Assembly: GCA_963663475.2 (NCBI GenBank)
Contig: CAXXJV010000002.1
Location: 288,001-352,000, forward strand
Source: Candidatus Cloacimonadales bacterium
GTDB lineage: Bacteria; Cloacimonadota; Cloacimonadia; Cloacimonadales; JAFGVF01
Direction of reading: 5' to 3'
Length of the DNA: 64,000 bases
Below, in pieces: positions 29,251-38,791 of this stretch. The notes below the pieces were generated by a model. The model saw only the letters and a program-made list of their open reading frames with translations. It did not search any database and was not told the DNA's origin. The stretch's first letter is position 1. Each line of letters starts with the position of its first letter. The translations under genes were made by a program, and so were the position numbers.

Positions 29251-30305
29251 TAAGACCTCCTAAGCAAGCTGTCCACACTTGTATTTTCTTTGATATTATA
29301 GACTAGAGGGTTAATAGTGAAGTCTGGATTATTTCCAAAAATACCAGGATATTTCTTTGCCAGTCCTCCGAATTGCCCAGATAAGACTAATTGTTTTGGA
29401 TGGATGGTAGTCTGGAAGAAGATCTCCATTTGCCCTTCAGTTTCTCCTGAACCTCCCATAGCAGTAGTATTAACCATAGAGAGTAAGCGGGGTGGTACTG
29501 CATGACAAGCAATGATGTTAGTAATACATTGTTGCTCCAACTGTAAGAAAGAAGCATCTTCTCTTTGCTGTAAAGCAGTCCATTTTCCTGACATTCCTTC
29601 TTTGTAAGGTATAACTAAAAGTTTATGAGCTCTTTCTTCTCCCTGGAACTTTTGTCTGAAGAAAGATTGAACATTATATTGAGCATTGGGTGAAATAGCT
29701 CCTCCCATTATCTCATAAACATAGTCTGGGATAGCGTTATTATCAAAAAATCTCTCATTATAAGTCTTAATCCTTTTAATAATCCTAATATCAGGGAGTA
29801 TAGGAAGATAAGAAGGTGCACCATAAATTGTAGATAAAGGTGTAGCTTGTTTAAAATGAAATACTTCATCTTCTTTAAAATCAACACTTTCTCCGTTAAC
29901 TGTTTGCCTGTAACCTGTTTTAATTTTTCTCATAGTTTGAGCAGGCAAGTGAAAGATTTGTCTTTTGCTTCCTACTTTAGGTAACTCCCAGTAAGCATTT
30001 CCATACATTTCATAATCCTTAATTGTTTTTAATAATAAAGTAATTGCTGAATCTGTTGGCGTTACTTCTTCCAGGATGTCCATAATTCTCTTATCAAAGC
30101 CCTTGCCCAGGATATTGATTGCTTTCTTTTCAATACACTCAGCATGATAAGGATTGATTGTATAAGCATCAGTGAGTTCATCCATTTCAAAAGGATAGTT
30201 GAACTCGTCGTCTTTTAAATCTAAAGCCTTACTTTTAGATGCTTGAGTATCATCAGATTTACTGATAATTACAAATGGTTCGTAGTTTAATTCATTACTA
30301 TTCAT
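29250..30305 (-). CDS. Portal protein (PBSX/P2 gpQ type)
   Basis: YEMYGNAYWE, IYGAPSY, YNERFFDNNAIP, IIACHAVPPRLL. Confidence 0.88.
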   Translation of the reverse strand: MNSNELNYEPFVIISKSDDTQASKSKALDLKDDEFNYPFEMDELTDAYTINPYHAECIEKKAINILGKGFDKRIMDILEEVTPTDSAITLLLKTIKDYEMYGNAYWELPKVGSKRQIFHLPAQTMRKIKTGYRQTVNGESVDFKEDEVFHFKQATPLSTIYGAPSYLPILPDIRIIKRIKTYNERFFDNNAIPDYVYEIMGGAISPNAQYNVQSFFRQKFQGEERAHKLLVIPYKEGMSGKWTALQQREDASFLQLEQQCITNIIACHAVPPRLLSMVNTTAMGGSGETEGQMEIFFQTTIHPKQLVLSGQFGGLAKKYPGIFGNNPDFTINPLVYNIKENTSVDSLLRRS

Positions 30306-30337
30306 ATATTTCTCCTTTTATTCCCCTACATTCCTCA

Positions 30338-31606
30338 CTAAACAACCATCACTCCATCAATCACTCTTTCAGAATGTCTTAAATCATAAAGCATAGCTAA
30401 AGACCAAAATTTATCTCCATGATGTTCAGTGCTTTCTGCATTATAGGAGAAGATGTTAGTACGGTTAGCAGATCTCTTTATTGATAAAATATGATTAAGC
30501 AGTGAAGGATCATTTGGTATTAATAGTTTCTTGTCTTCGAAGCCTCTTTTTAATCTTTTGGCAAGCCTTTCTTTAACAGCAGGAGCAAAGCTATATCCCT
30601 CAATTACATTAGGATAAAGGTAAGATAAATCTTCCCAGAGATTATAACCTATACCACCTCTATCTATAGCAAATCCATCTGCATCAGATTGTCTTATCAA
30701 GTTTATAAAAAACTCTTTCTGATAGGCAAAAGTCTCTCTCTTTAAGTCCTTTATATAATTAACAACCATTAACTTATCATCATTAATAAAGGCTCCTGTG
30801 ATAGCAGTTTCATCTTTCTTTCTTCCAATATCAGCAGCATAAAACATTTTAGTGTCTTCAGGGGTTGGATGTTCGTTAACATAAAGACAGGGTTCTATCA
30901 GGTTGTAAGGAATATAAGAGTCTGTAGTATCTAATGGCAGGCATTCATAAGCTTGAGCAAATTCTTCAGGTGTAAAAAGACTTCTTAATTCATCAACATT
31001 AATATCAAGTCCTTCTTCTTTGGCTGTATGAATAGTGATTAAATGCTTAGAAAAAGCATCATTCTTATCCCATATTTCCCAAAACTTATCTATCCTACTC
31101 TTAGGAGTCGAGATTACTGTTACTCTTCCTTGAGCTGCTGTAATAGCAGGAATAATAGCTTTCCATACTTCCCTGTCCTGGATAATAAAAGCAAACTCAT
31201 CTAAATATACATCACCTGCAAAACCTCTAGCAGTCATCCAATTAGTCGCCAAAGCTTTAATACTTTTACCATTGGGCATTAAGATTTCATGTTCAGTATC
31301 ATTAAAAGCTTCTATTCCCATTGCTTTAAGATGACTTCTTACATGGTTCATCACAATAACAGCATTATCTTTAGAAGCTGAAACTATTAACTGGTCCTTG
31401 TTATTAATTAATGAACCAATAATCATCTCTAGGCCTGATAGAAAAGAAAATCCTATTTGTCTCGATTTATTAGCAATCCTATACCTGGATTTATCAGCTA
31501 AGAACTTCTTTTGATATATTCTTAAGTTCTTGATACAGTATTGCTGTATAGCAGTCCTGACAAAAGCAGGTACCTTATCTGTTGACCATATTTGCCCTTT
31601 TTTCAT
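30338..31606 (-). CDS. terL: Terminase large subunit
   Basis: YQKKFLAD, NKSRQIGFS, VYLDEFAF, ISTP, ADIGRKKD, HGDKFWSLA. Confidence 0.93.
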   Translation of the reverse strand: MKKGQIWSTDKVPAFVRTAIQQYCIKNLRIYQKKFLADKSRYRIANKSRQIGFSFLSGLEMIIGSLINNKDQLIVSASKDNAVIVMNHVRSHLKAMGIEAFNDTEHEILMPNGKSIKALATNWMTARGFAGDVYLDEFAFIIQDREVWKAIIPAITAAQGRVTVISTPKSRIDKFWEIWDKNDAFSKHLITIHTAKEEGLDINVDELRSLFTPEEFAQAYECLPLDTTDSYIPYNLIEPCLYVNEHPTPEDTKMFYAADIGRKKDETAITGAFINDDKLMVVNYIKDLKRETFAYQKEFFINLIRQSDADGFAIDRGGIGYNLWEDLSYLYPNVIEGYSFAPAVKERLAKRLKRGFEDKKLLIPNDPSLLNHILSIKRSANRTNIFSYNAESTEHHGDKFWSLAMLYDLRHSERVIDGVMVV

Positions 31607-31813
31607 TTTTCTCCTTTAATCTATCCACGAATTACACTAATTACACTAAGAAATAGCCACCGAAAACACTGAAAACACCGAATATCTTAAATTCGTAAAT
31701 TATTAAATTCTTAAATCTTCTCTGTGTTCTCTGTGTCTCTGTGGTAAAATCTTCTTTCTTCAATTCCTCACTCCTAATTCCTAACTCTTAGCTTGGTCCT
31801 GTCTACAACTTTC

Positions 31814-31875
31814 GGTATAGATGTATATATCTATACCAAAACATATTGACACCCTTTAAAAAAAGAGCAATTTTA
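31814..31875 (+). promoter_or_regulatory. Late control region: 24-bp near-palindrome next to TTGACA
   Basis: GGTATAGATGTATATATCTATACC (31814-31837), TTGACA at 31846, between divergent head operons. Confidence 0.55.
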
Positions 31876-31907
31876 TCCATGTAATTAATTTTATTAAGGA
31901 GGCTTGA

Positions 31908-32543
31908 ATGCCAAAATTAAAAGAGTTAGATGTCTCTTTTGTGTCATTGGTTAAGAACCCTGCCAATAAAAAGGATATCGTATTTAAAGCAGCTGATAAA
32001 TACAATATCACTAAAATGGTTAAAGTGGTTAAAACTGATCCTAAAGGGCTTATCTATGGAACTGTCTATGAAGCTGACACTAAGGATTCACAAGGTGACT
32101 GGGCTGATATTGATACTATTAGAAAAGCTGCTCATGAATTTCTAATGAAAGGTAAAAATCTAAATGTTGATGAAGACCATAATGAAAAACCTTCAGGTGC
32201 TGCTATTGTCGAATCTTATGTTGATGACAAAGCTTGGAAGGTAACTATTAAGGCCGACCCGGAAAGCGAAACCTTTAAAAAAGTTATGAAAGGTGATTAT
32301 GAAGGACTTTCTCTCATGGGAGTTGCTAAGAAAGTTGAAGAAGAACCACCTGCTAAAGAAGATGCTTTAGCAAAATCTATGGAAGAAATTAAACAATTAA
32401 AAGAACAGGTTGCTCAATTACAGAAAAGTATGGAAAGCCTACCTGGTACAAAGCAAATCGAATTCGATAAAGACGGTAATATCATAGCTAAAAAAAGCGA
32501 TGATACCGAACTATTCTCTGAATTCAAAACCTTGGAGGTTTAA
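31908..32543 (+). CDS. XkdF-like prohead protease/scaffold
   Basis: VSFVSLVKNPANKK, YGTVYE...DSQGD...IRKAAHEF, IVESY, GLSLMG, C-terminal coiled coil. Confidence 0.85.
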   Translation: MPKLKELDVSFVSLVKNPANKKDIVFKAADKYNITKMVKVVKTDPKGLIYGTVYEADTKDSQGDWADIDTIRKAAHEFLMKGKNLNVDEDHNEKPSGAAIVESYVDDKAWKVTIKADPESETFKKVMKGDYEGLSLMGVAKKVEEEPPAKEDALAKSMEEIKQLKEQVAQLQKSMESLPGTKQIEFDKDGNIIAKKSDDTELFSEFKTLEV

Positions 32544-32545
32544 GA

Positions 32546-33379
32546 ATGGCTAAACTTTTATCAAAAAAATCTGCTGACCGCTTCATTGAGATAATGGTAG
32601 AAAACTCTCCAGTTCTCAAGAAGATTTCCTTCGCAACTCTCTCTATGCCTGTTTGTGAATATCCTCTTTTGGGAATTAGCAGATATAAGACTCGCGGGAT
32701 TGCCCGTAACTCTGTCGCATCTCTCGTAAATCCTACTGATGTAACAATTTCTTTCAACTGTAAAGAAGTTGTTTTACCTTTAGTTATTCCTGATTCTTAT
32801 GCTGAAGATATGAATACTTCACAAGAAAAAATAGCTAATTATGTTGCTCGCGTTTTTGGCCTGGATATGCAATACCTTTTCTTAGCAGGTGATACTGCTA
32901 ATGAAGGAACTGCTGATAAAGACCTTCTTGCAAAAACTCTTGATGGTTTGGTTAAGCAAGTAACTGCCAGTGGAAACACTGTTGATTATCCTGCTGATGC
33001 TACACCTTTAGACAAGCTTAAGCTCTTAATCAAGGCACTTCCCGATAACGCTTTGGCTGATCCTAAACTGGAAATCTGGATGGGTTCCTCTGATTACACT
33101 GACCTCTGGGATTCCATTGCCAATAACTCTGCTGATAAAGCACTCTTGATGAAAGATAACAAAATCTATTATAGAACTAAAGAAGTTGTCGAAATTCCTG
33201 AACTCTCTAAGATTATTGTTCTCAATCCTGAGCATGTTGCAGCTGGTATTGTTAGAGATATGACTATCGAAACTCAGCGTTATCCTGAAGCTCGTGGTAA
33301 CAAAGTTGTTCTTTCTGCTCGTGTAGATATTCAACCTGTTACTGATCACATGGTTATTGAAGGTAGCCAATCAGCTTAA
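32546..33379 (+). CDS. Major capsid protein (XkdG/P2 gpN-like, HK97 fold)
   Basis: Follows protease; ADRFI..MVENSPVL, FGLDMQYLFLAGD, DGLVKQ. Confidence 0.8.
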   Translation: MAKLLSKKSADRFIEIMVENSPVLKKISFATLSMPVCEYPLLGISRYKTRGIARNSVASLVNPTDVTISFNCKEVVLPLVIPDSYAEDMNTSQEKIANYVARVFGLDMQYLFLAGDTANEGTADKDLLAKTLDGLVKQVTASGNTVDYPADATPLDKLKLLIKALPDNALADPKLEIWMGSSDYTDLWDSIANNSADKALLMKDNKIYYRTKEVVEIPELSKIIVLNPEHVAAGIVRDMTIETQRYPEARGNKVVLSARVDIQPVTDHMVIEGSQSA

Positions 33380-33389
33380 GGAGTTGATT

Positions 33390-33587
33390 ATGCCTGTTTG
33401 TGAGCAACACGCACGACTTGAAGAAGATATTAAATATATCAAAAATAAACTTGATGGCAATGGTCGTCCAGGTGTCCTGGAACGGCTTAGCCGTCTGGAA
33501 ACGAAATTAACAATCATAATCTGGCTTAATGGTTTTATGGCTTCTGCTGTGATTGGAAGCATTATTAAGTCTATAATTGGAGGATAA
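33390..33587 (+). CDS. Small holin/XhlA-like membrane protein
   Basis: LDGNGRPGVLERLSRLE plus C-terminal TM; lysis cassette position. Confidence 0.5.
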   Translation: MPVCEQHARLEEDIKYIKNKLDGNGRPGVLERLSRLETKLTIIIWLNGFMASAVIGSIIKSIIGG

Positions 33588-33588
33588 T

Positions 33589-33999
33589 GTGGGCGAATTA
33601 TTTAATCATCCTGCTGTTGTATCTGCTATTAGTGTAATCTTTACACTTTTTATTATGGGGGCTTTCTGGATTATTAAAAAGCAAAAACTTAACTTTGACT
33701 TCTTACTTCCAACAGTCACCACTATTATTGAAGCTATCTTTGCTAATGCTAAGGCAACTAATCCTGCTTTAGCTGCAAGACAAGAAGTAGAGACGCGACT
33801 GTCTCAAGAGGAATTAGCTAGACTCTCTAAACGCTTAGCTACCAACGACCCCGTCCAAACTATATATAATACTATAACAAATCCGGCCAGAGAGTCCGGG
33901 GAAAAAGATGCTTCTTCCTGGATAAGACAAATTGCAAGTGGCTTAGGTGCTTCTGCTATCTCTGGACTCGCAAAAGGATTGGCAAAGAAGTTGTTTTAG
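33589..33999 (+). CDS. Putative holin
   Basis: N-terminal TM helix, directly upstream of the endolysin. Confidence 0.5.
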   Translation: MGELFNHPAVVSAISVIFTLFIMGAFWIIKKQKLNFDFLLPTVTTIIEAIFANAKATNPALAARQEVETRLSQEELARLSKRLATNDPVQTIYNTITNPARESGEKDASSWIRQIASGLGASAISGLAKGLAKKLF

Positions 34000-34007
34000 A
34001 GAAAATT

Positions 34008-34457
34008 ATGATGAGACACATTAAAATTCAATGTAAAGAAATCGCTCGTAAGATGCTGATGAAACACGAAGGTCTAAGACTTAAACCTTATTCTTGCTCA
34101 GCAGGAAAACTAACAATTGGTTTTGGGCGAAATTTGGAAGACAAGGGAATCACTGAAGTTGAAGCACATAATCTACTTGATAATGATATTGATTCTCTTG
34201 TCTCTCAACTGATTAAAACTTATCCCTGGTTTAGGGAACTCAATGATGTGAGAAAGGCTGTTGTTATTGATATGGCCTTTAACTTAGGACTAGCAGGCTT
34301 CTCTGCTTTTAAAAAGACTATTGCTTACCTTACTCAGCATGATTACTCTAATGCTTCTCGCGAAATGCTTAACAGCAAGTGGGCTATGCAAGTGGGTTAT
34401 CGTGCCAATGAGCTATCTAAGCTAATGGAGAATGGAGAATTGAGAAGTGAGAAATAA
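34008..34457 (+). CDS. Endolysin, T4-like lysozyme (GH24)
   Basis: HEGLRLKPY.CSAGKLTIGFGRNL, DMAFNLG, EMLNSKWAMQVG.RA. Confidence 0.92.
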   Translation: MMRHIKIQCKEIARKMLMKHEGLRLKPYSCSAGKLTIGFGRNLEDKGITEVEAHNLLDNDIDSLVSQLIKTYPWFRELNDVRKAVVIDMAFNLGLAGFSAFKKTIAYLTQHDYSNASREMLNSKWAMQVGYRANELSKLMENGELRSEK

Positions 34458-34504
34458 CCGGGAACGCTGACATCTTGTCGGCACACTAAATATAAGGAGA
34501 AAAT

Positions 34505-35026
34505 ATGTTAACTAAAATAACAACTCTTACTTATGACTTGCTAACATCAGTTAATTCTGTATTTAGCAAACAATGTAGAGTTTATGTAGCAAAAGGTTCA
34601 ATGGAAGAAGCTGATATACCTACAGACAAAGCATCACTTCAAGCACTCTATTCAGGTGTTGACGCTAAGTTTGTCTTTCTGGGTAACCTTTCTGAAAGTG
34701 GATCTAAAATTGGTTGGAAGCAAAACTCAATTGCAATTGACTTTGGTTCAATAAATACCAATACTGATATTACAGGAACACTAATTTCACTTATGTGCGA
34801 TAAAAATATGCTTGGTTTCATCGAAACTCAAGTAGGAGAACATTCATTTCTTTTTATACCTGATAAAGGTGATGATACTATTCTCTGTGCTCTTTCTGGA
34901 GTAACAATGTCTCATGAAGGTGAGATTCCTGTAGTAGGAAAGAATGAAACAGCCAAAATAACCTTAAATCTAACTGCAAACGTTAATAAGGTTACTGATG
35001 CTGTTAAATTTAGCAATCTAGCATAG
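34505..35026 (+). CDS. Putative major tail tube protein
   Basis: 173 aa, beta-rich, strong RBS, first gene of the tail block. Confidence 0.5.
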   Translation: MLTKITTLTYDLLTSVNSVFSKQCRVYVAKGSMEEADIPTDKASLQALYSGVDAKFVFLGNLSESGSKIGWKQNSIAIDFGSINTNTDITGTLISLMCDKNMLGFIETQVGEHSFLFIPDKGDDTILCALSGVTMSHEGEIPVVGKNETAKITLNLTANVNKVTDAVKFSNLA

Positions 35027-35036
35027 AGGTGAAATA

Positions 35037-35468
35037 ATGAAAATGATAAGAATAAAGACCGGTAGTGAACTCCATGAGTTTTACGGAACTATTGATGTTA
35101 CCCCTGAAATAAAGCATATGGTAGAAGAAGAATGTGTTTATAATACTGGTCTTTCTTATCGTTTTGGTAAGTATTTTGTTGATAAGATTCAGCTTAATCT
35201 GAGTATTTCAGCTGAGGACTACGAAAATCTCTACTATAAAGTTATGAACTTGAATGAGTGGATTATTGCCTGGGAAACCTTAAACGGCTACCAATGGAGA
35301 AAATCTCGTTCTCCTCTCCCATATCCCTCTAAAATTCGCTTTATTAACGATGCTGTTACCCTAAAAATTGAGTCTGAACCTTACACTATACCAATGCAAA
35401 ACATGACTAATATTACTATGAATACTATCTGGAATGAATCTACTCCGGATAATACTATATGGAACTAG
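35037..35468 (+). CDS. Hypothetical tail protein
   Basis: 143 aa in the tail block. Confidence 0.5.
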   Translation: MKMIRIKTGSELHEFYGTIDVTPEIKHMVEEECVYNTGLSYRFGKYFVDKIQLNLSISAEDYENLYYKVMNLNEWIIAWETLNGYQWRKSRSPLPYPSKIRFINDAVTLKIESEPYTIPMQNMTNITMNTIWNESTPDNTIWN

Positions 35469-35631
35469 GAGTGAGGAGTGAATAGAACACAATGACACAG
35501 ATTAAACAGATTTACACAGATAAGAAAGATTTAATAATTTCGGTGTATTCGGTGTTTTCGGTGGCTAATATTTTCTTATCTTAAGACTCTGTGTTAAGGA
35601 AATTTAAAAGAATATAAAAAAAGGAGAAAGT

Positions 35632-36459
35632 ATGATAAATTTACCCGGTCCTGATACTACAGATTGGGGCACTCTCTATAACAGTGCTATTAATCAACTC
35701 GAAACTATGATTAATGCCAAAACAACAGAAATTTCATCTCTACAAACTCTTGTTAGCCAACTTCAAGCAGCTTTAAGCGAAATAGAAATGGATACGCAAC
35801 ATATAGATCACAATGGTACACCACTTTCTGATGTTGTCCATAATTTGGAAGGATCTTTTAACAATCCAATAACCCCAGGAACTAAAACCAAAATAACTTA
35901 TGATGCTAAAGGTTTTGTGACAGGAGGTACTAACCTAACTGAAGGAGATATTCCTGCACTTTCAATATCTAAAATCATAGGGCTTGAGGATATAATTAAC
36001 ATGGTGTTAGTTGATATGGATAGAGTAGAAATATCTGCTTCTATTCGTAATACAAATGGTGGAATTAGAGTCTCATGTTTTACTAATCCTCCTGTACCAG
36101 TACAATCATGGTCTGTAATGTTGGAATGGAAAGGGTCAATTTTTTATGATGTCCGTTCTTCCTCAAGTGAAAGCTTTATCAATATGGGTAATTATCCAGA
36201 AATACCTGATGGCCAATTAGTTAATATTATGGTGGCAGCAATATCTGGAACCAGTATTAAAAAAAAGGACTATTCACATACTTATAATTATGTGGCAACT
36301 TCCATAGATTTAAGAGTAAAAGCTGTAGAACATGAACTCGCACCTCAAGCTCTCATGGACAGAATAGCTCAAGATGATAATATTCTGAATGAATTAGTTA
36401 ACAAGCTTCAACACTCTGGCACATTAGTACAGCGGCTTAGTGAGGTTCTTGCCCGATGA
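35632..36459 (+). CDS. Tail fibre-like protein
   Basis: Coiled coil plus GTKTKITYDAKGFVTGG..DIPALSISKIIGL fibre repeat. Confidence 0.65.
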   Translation: MINLPGPDTTDWGTLYNSAINQLETMINAKTTEISSLQTLVSQLQAALSEIEMDTQHIDHNGTPLSDVVHNLEGSFNNPITPGTKTKITYDAKGFVTGGTNLTEGDIPALSISKIIGLEDIINMVLVDMDRVEISASIRNTNGGIRVSCFTNPPVPVQSWSVMLEWKGSIFYDVRSSSSESFINMGNYPEIPDGQLVNIMVAAISGTSIKKKDYSHTYNYVATSIDLRVKAVEHELAPQALMDRIAQDDNILNELVNKLQHSGTLVQRLSEVLAR

Positions 36460-36701
36460 TAAAGACCTTAAGAGACCTCAATGTTTATGAGTGGATGCAA
36501 GGCAAAACTGTAGCCACTAAACGCATTGATATTAGCCTTGAATATAAAGCTCCTATCTACTCTCTTGTAGATAAAAAGGAAGAAATTAACATTTTCGATA
36601 AAAATATAATCACTGAATCTGATGACTTTCCTGCTACACCTGAACCAGGTCAAATTGTTAGAAAAAATGGAATAACATACATATATAGAGGAGAAGAATA
36701 A
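36456..36701 (+). CDS. Small tail/fibre-associated protein
   Basis: C-terminal FPATPEPGQIVRKNGITYIY motif. Confidence 0.5.
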   Translation: MIKTLRDLNVYEWMQGKTVATKRIDISLEYKAPIYSLVDKKEEINIFDKNIITESDDFPATPEPGQIVRKNGITYIYRGEE

Positions 36702-36901
36702 TGAATTTAACCGAATATCTCGAACAAAAAAGAAAAAGTTTAATAGCTACCAACAAGAACCTATCAGATGAAAAACTAAGAGTTGAAGGTGCTTGGTTAA
36801 TCTTACAAGAGATTGAAGAAATTGTAAGAGCCCCTAAATCCCCTAAAGGGGACTTTGAGGAAGAGAATCCCAAATCAAAAACAAAAAAGAGAGGTAAATA
36901 A
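36701..36901 (+). CDS. Small coiled-coil protein (fibre chaperone-like)
   Basis: 66 aa, LRVEGAWLILQEIE; contains the in-frame palindromic repeat. Confidence 0.5.
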   Translation: MNLTEYLEQKRKSLIATNKNLSDEKLRVEGAWLILQEIEEIVRAPKSPKGDFEEENPKSKTKKRGK

Positions 36902-37485
36902 TGGCTTGGAAGAAAATAGTAGATTCATCATTTACTATTAATGGTAAGGCACTAGACGGTCCAATTGATATAACAAAAGAAGATGTTGGACTTGGTAATG
37001 TAGATAACATTTCCAGAGAACAACTAATTGCTAGTCTAACAGCTGATGATATTCCTATAATTACTATCTCTAAAGTAACAGGTCTCCAAGGTGCCTTAGA
37101 TGCAAAGGTTCCTACTAGCAGGACTATTGCTGGTAAGTCCTTAACAGCTGATATATCTCTTGCTAAGGCTGATGTAGGACTGGCAAACGTAGAAAATAAA
37201 TCACCTGAAGAACTTTCATCACTTATCAGAAGTCAAATTGTGGCTGATGATGTACCACTGCTTGAAATAACAAAAATAAATGGATTAGCTGATTTCCATG
37301 TGGTTCTAGCCTCTGAAATTAGCTCTAAAGTGTCTAAAACCACTACCATTAATGGAAAAGCTTTAGATGCTAATATATCTCTTGGGGGACAAGACATCAT
37401 CAGACCAGAGTCTTCTCTCCCCGCATCTGGTTCCCCTGGTGAAATGATAAGATTCTCAGGTAATACTTATATTTGGAAGGCATAA
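36901..37485 (+). CDS. Tail fibre repeat protein
   Basis: Repeats INGKAL..I.(L)..DVGLGNVDN / DVGLANVEN. Confidence 0.7.
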   Translation: MAWKKIVDSSFTINGKALDGPIDITKEDVGLGNVDNISREQLIASLTADDIPIITISKVTGLQGALDAKVPTSRTIAGKSLTADISLAKADVGLANVENKSPEELSSLIRSQIVADDVPLLEITKINGLADFHVVLASEISSKVSKTTTINGKALDANISLGGQDIIRPESSLPASGSPGEMIRFSGNTYIWKA

Positions 37486-37486
37486 G

Positions 37487-38125
37487 ATGTGGGTGAAAGT
37501 AGCTGATAGAGAAGAAATAGCTAAGTTTGAGATTACGGCTGAAGCTAACAAAGTTACTAGTCTAATTGGTGAAACACCAGATAGTTTTATGGCCTCTGAA
37601 GATGATTTAGGCCTTATGCTTCTTTGCAAAGTTCCTCTTAAAATTTCCTCTTTGGATATCCAATTAGAAGATGATGCTGAAATTAACCTAGAATGTTGGC
37701 AATATGAGGGACAGAACTCTCATTTAATCTTTTCTAAATCAGGCTTTACTGGTATTCTAGGTCTTAATACTATTCCTTGTGATATTATGCTTAGTCCTGG
37801 TAAATACTTTCTAAGAGTGATTAGTAGAGGTATCTTGCTTAAAAATACTACAAAAATCTCTACAAGTCATCACTTCCTGTCAGTTGTTGGAGGCTCAAGT
37901 GTAACAAATGACCTTATTCCTGATTATAACGAACTTTTAAATCCTACTGTTTGGTTTGGTATTTATAATATCCAAATACAAGTAGCAAATAAATCCTTAT
38001 ATCTAGGTATAACTGATGATCTTCTAAATAATGATGATCTCATACTAGGAGCTTTTTATCACTGTATTAAAAGTGGCTCCTTAACTATGTATGTCTTTGA
38101 CGGTACTCAACAATATTCAAAATAA
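37487..38125 (+). CDS. Putative receptor-binding/tail tip protein
   Basis: 212 aa, beta-rich, follows the fibre genes. Confidence 0.45.
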   Translation: MWVKVADREEIAKFEITAEANKVTSLIGETPDSFMASEDDLGLMLLCKVPLKISSLDIQLEDDAEINLECWQYEGQNSHLIFSKSGFTGILGLNTIPCDIMLSPGKYFLRVISRGILLKNTTKISTSHHFLSVVGGSSVTNDLIPDYNELLNPTVWFGIYNIQIQVANKSLYLGITDDLLNNDDLILGAFYHCIKSGSLTMYVFDGTQQYSK

Positions 38126-38188
38126 CTGGGAACGCTGACATCTTGTCGGCATCTTAAATAACTGGGAATGTGGGCATCCTTGCCCGCA
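38125..38188 (+). repeat. Tandem pair of GGGAAC-type REP-like palindromes (others at 19141, 20724, 34457)
   Basis: ACTGGGAACGCTGACATCTTGTCGGCA and ACTGGGAATGTGGGCATCCTTGCCCGCA. Confidence 0.85.
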
Positions 38189-38204
38189 TCTTAAAGGAGA
38201 AATA

Positions 38205-38546
38205 ATGCAATATAAAACTAATATCAAGACTCTTAAAAGAGTATATGCAATTGCCAAAGAAGTAGGATTGGAGAATATCTTAATGGGCTCCAATGAAAAC
38301 AAAGAAGTGAAATTTGACCTCAAAGTGCTTTTAGATGGTATCTTTGAAAAAGATTTAGTTAATGAATTCTGTCAAACCGTTACAGGAGAGACTAAGGACT
38401 TTGAAGAAAACTTAAAAATACCAGGACTGGAGAGTGTCATACTGGGTTTTTTCGATGCTATCAAAGAGGACTTGCAAGAATCAAGCATCTTAAAAGCAAT
38501 GATAGTAACGCAAGTCAAGAATCAGACAACCCCTTCTACGATATAA
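38205..38546 (+). CDS. Tail assembly chaperone; -1 frameshift product would end at 38626
   Basis: Upstream of TMP; slippery G GGT TTT TTC at 38444-38453; -1 frame open to TAA 38624-38626. Confidence 0.75.
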   Translation: MQYKTNIKTLKRVYAIAKEVGLENILMGSNENKEVKFDLKVLLDGIFEKDLVNEFCQTVTGETKDFEENLKIPGLESVILGFFDAIKEDLQESSILKAMIVTQVKNQTTPSTI

Positions 38547-38683
38547 GCTTTGTCTTATATCAAAATAATATTAACCCGGATAACTTAGAGATTGATGAAG
38601 CATTTCATTATTTGGAAAAGATTTAATTTACTTGTAGGGGCGTATTGCATACGCCCTTCCATTGGCGGTGTGGTTTCATTCCA

Positions 38684-38791
38684 TCACCTTAAATATTTAT
38701 CTATCGGATTACTTCCATCATCTGATAAGATAAACCAAATGATAAAAGCTATAGGTACTAAAAATACTAATATCGCGATTATAAGCCACAT
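38684..38791 (-). CDS. 35-aa antisense membrane peptide (not in ORF track)
   Basis: GGAG RBS; MWLIIAILVFLVPIAFIIWFILSDDGSNPIDKYLR. Confidence 0.6.
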   Translation of the reverse strand: MWLIIAILVFLVPIAFIIWFILSDDGSNPIDKYLR

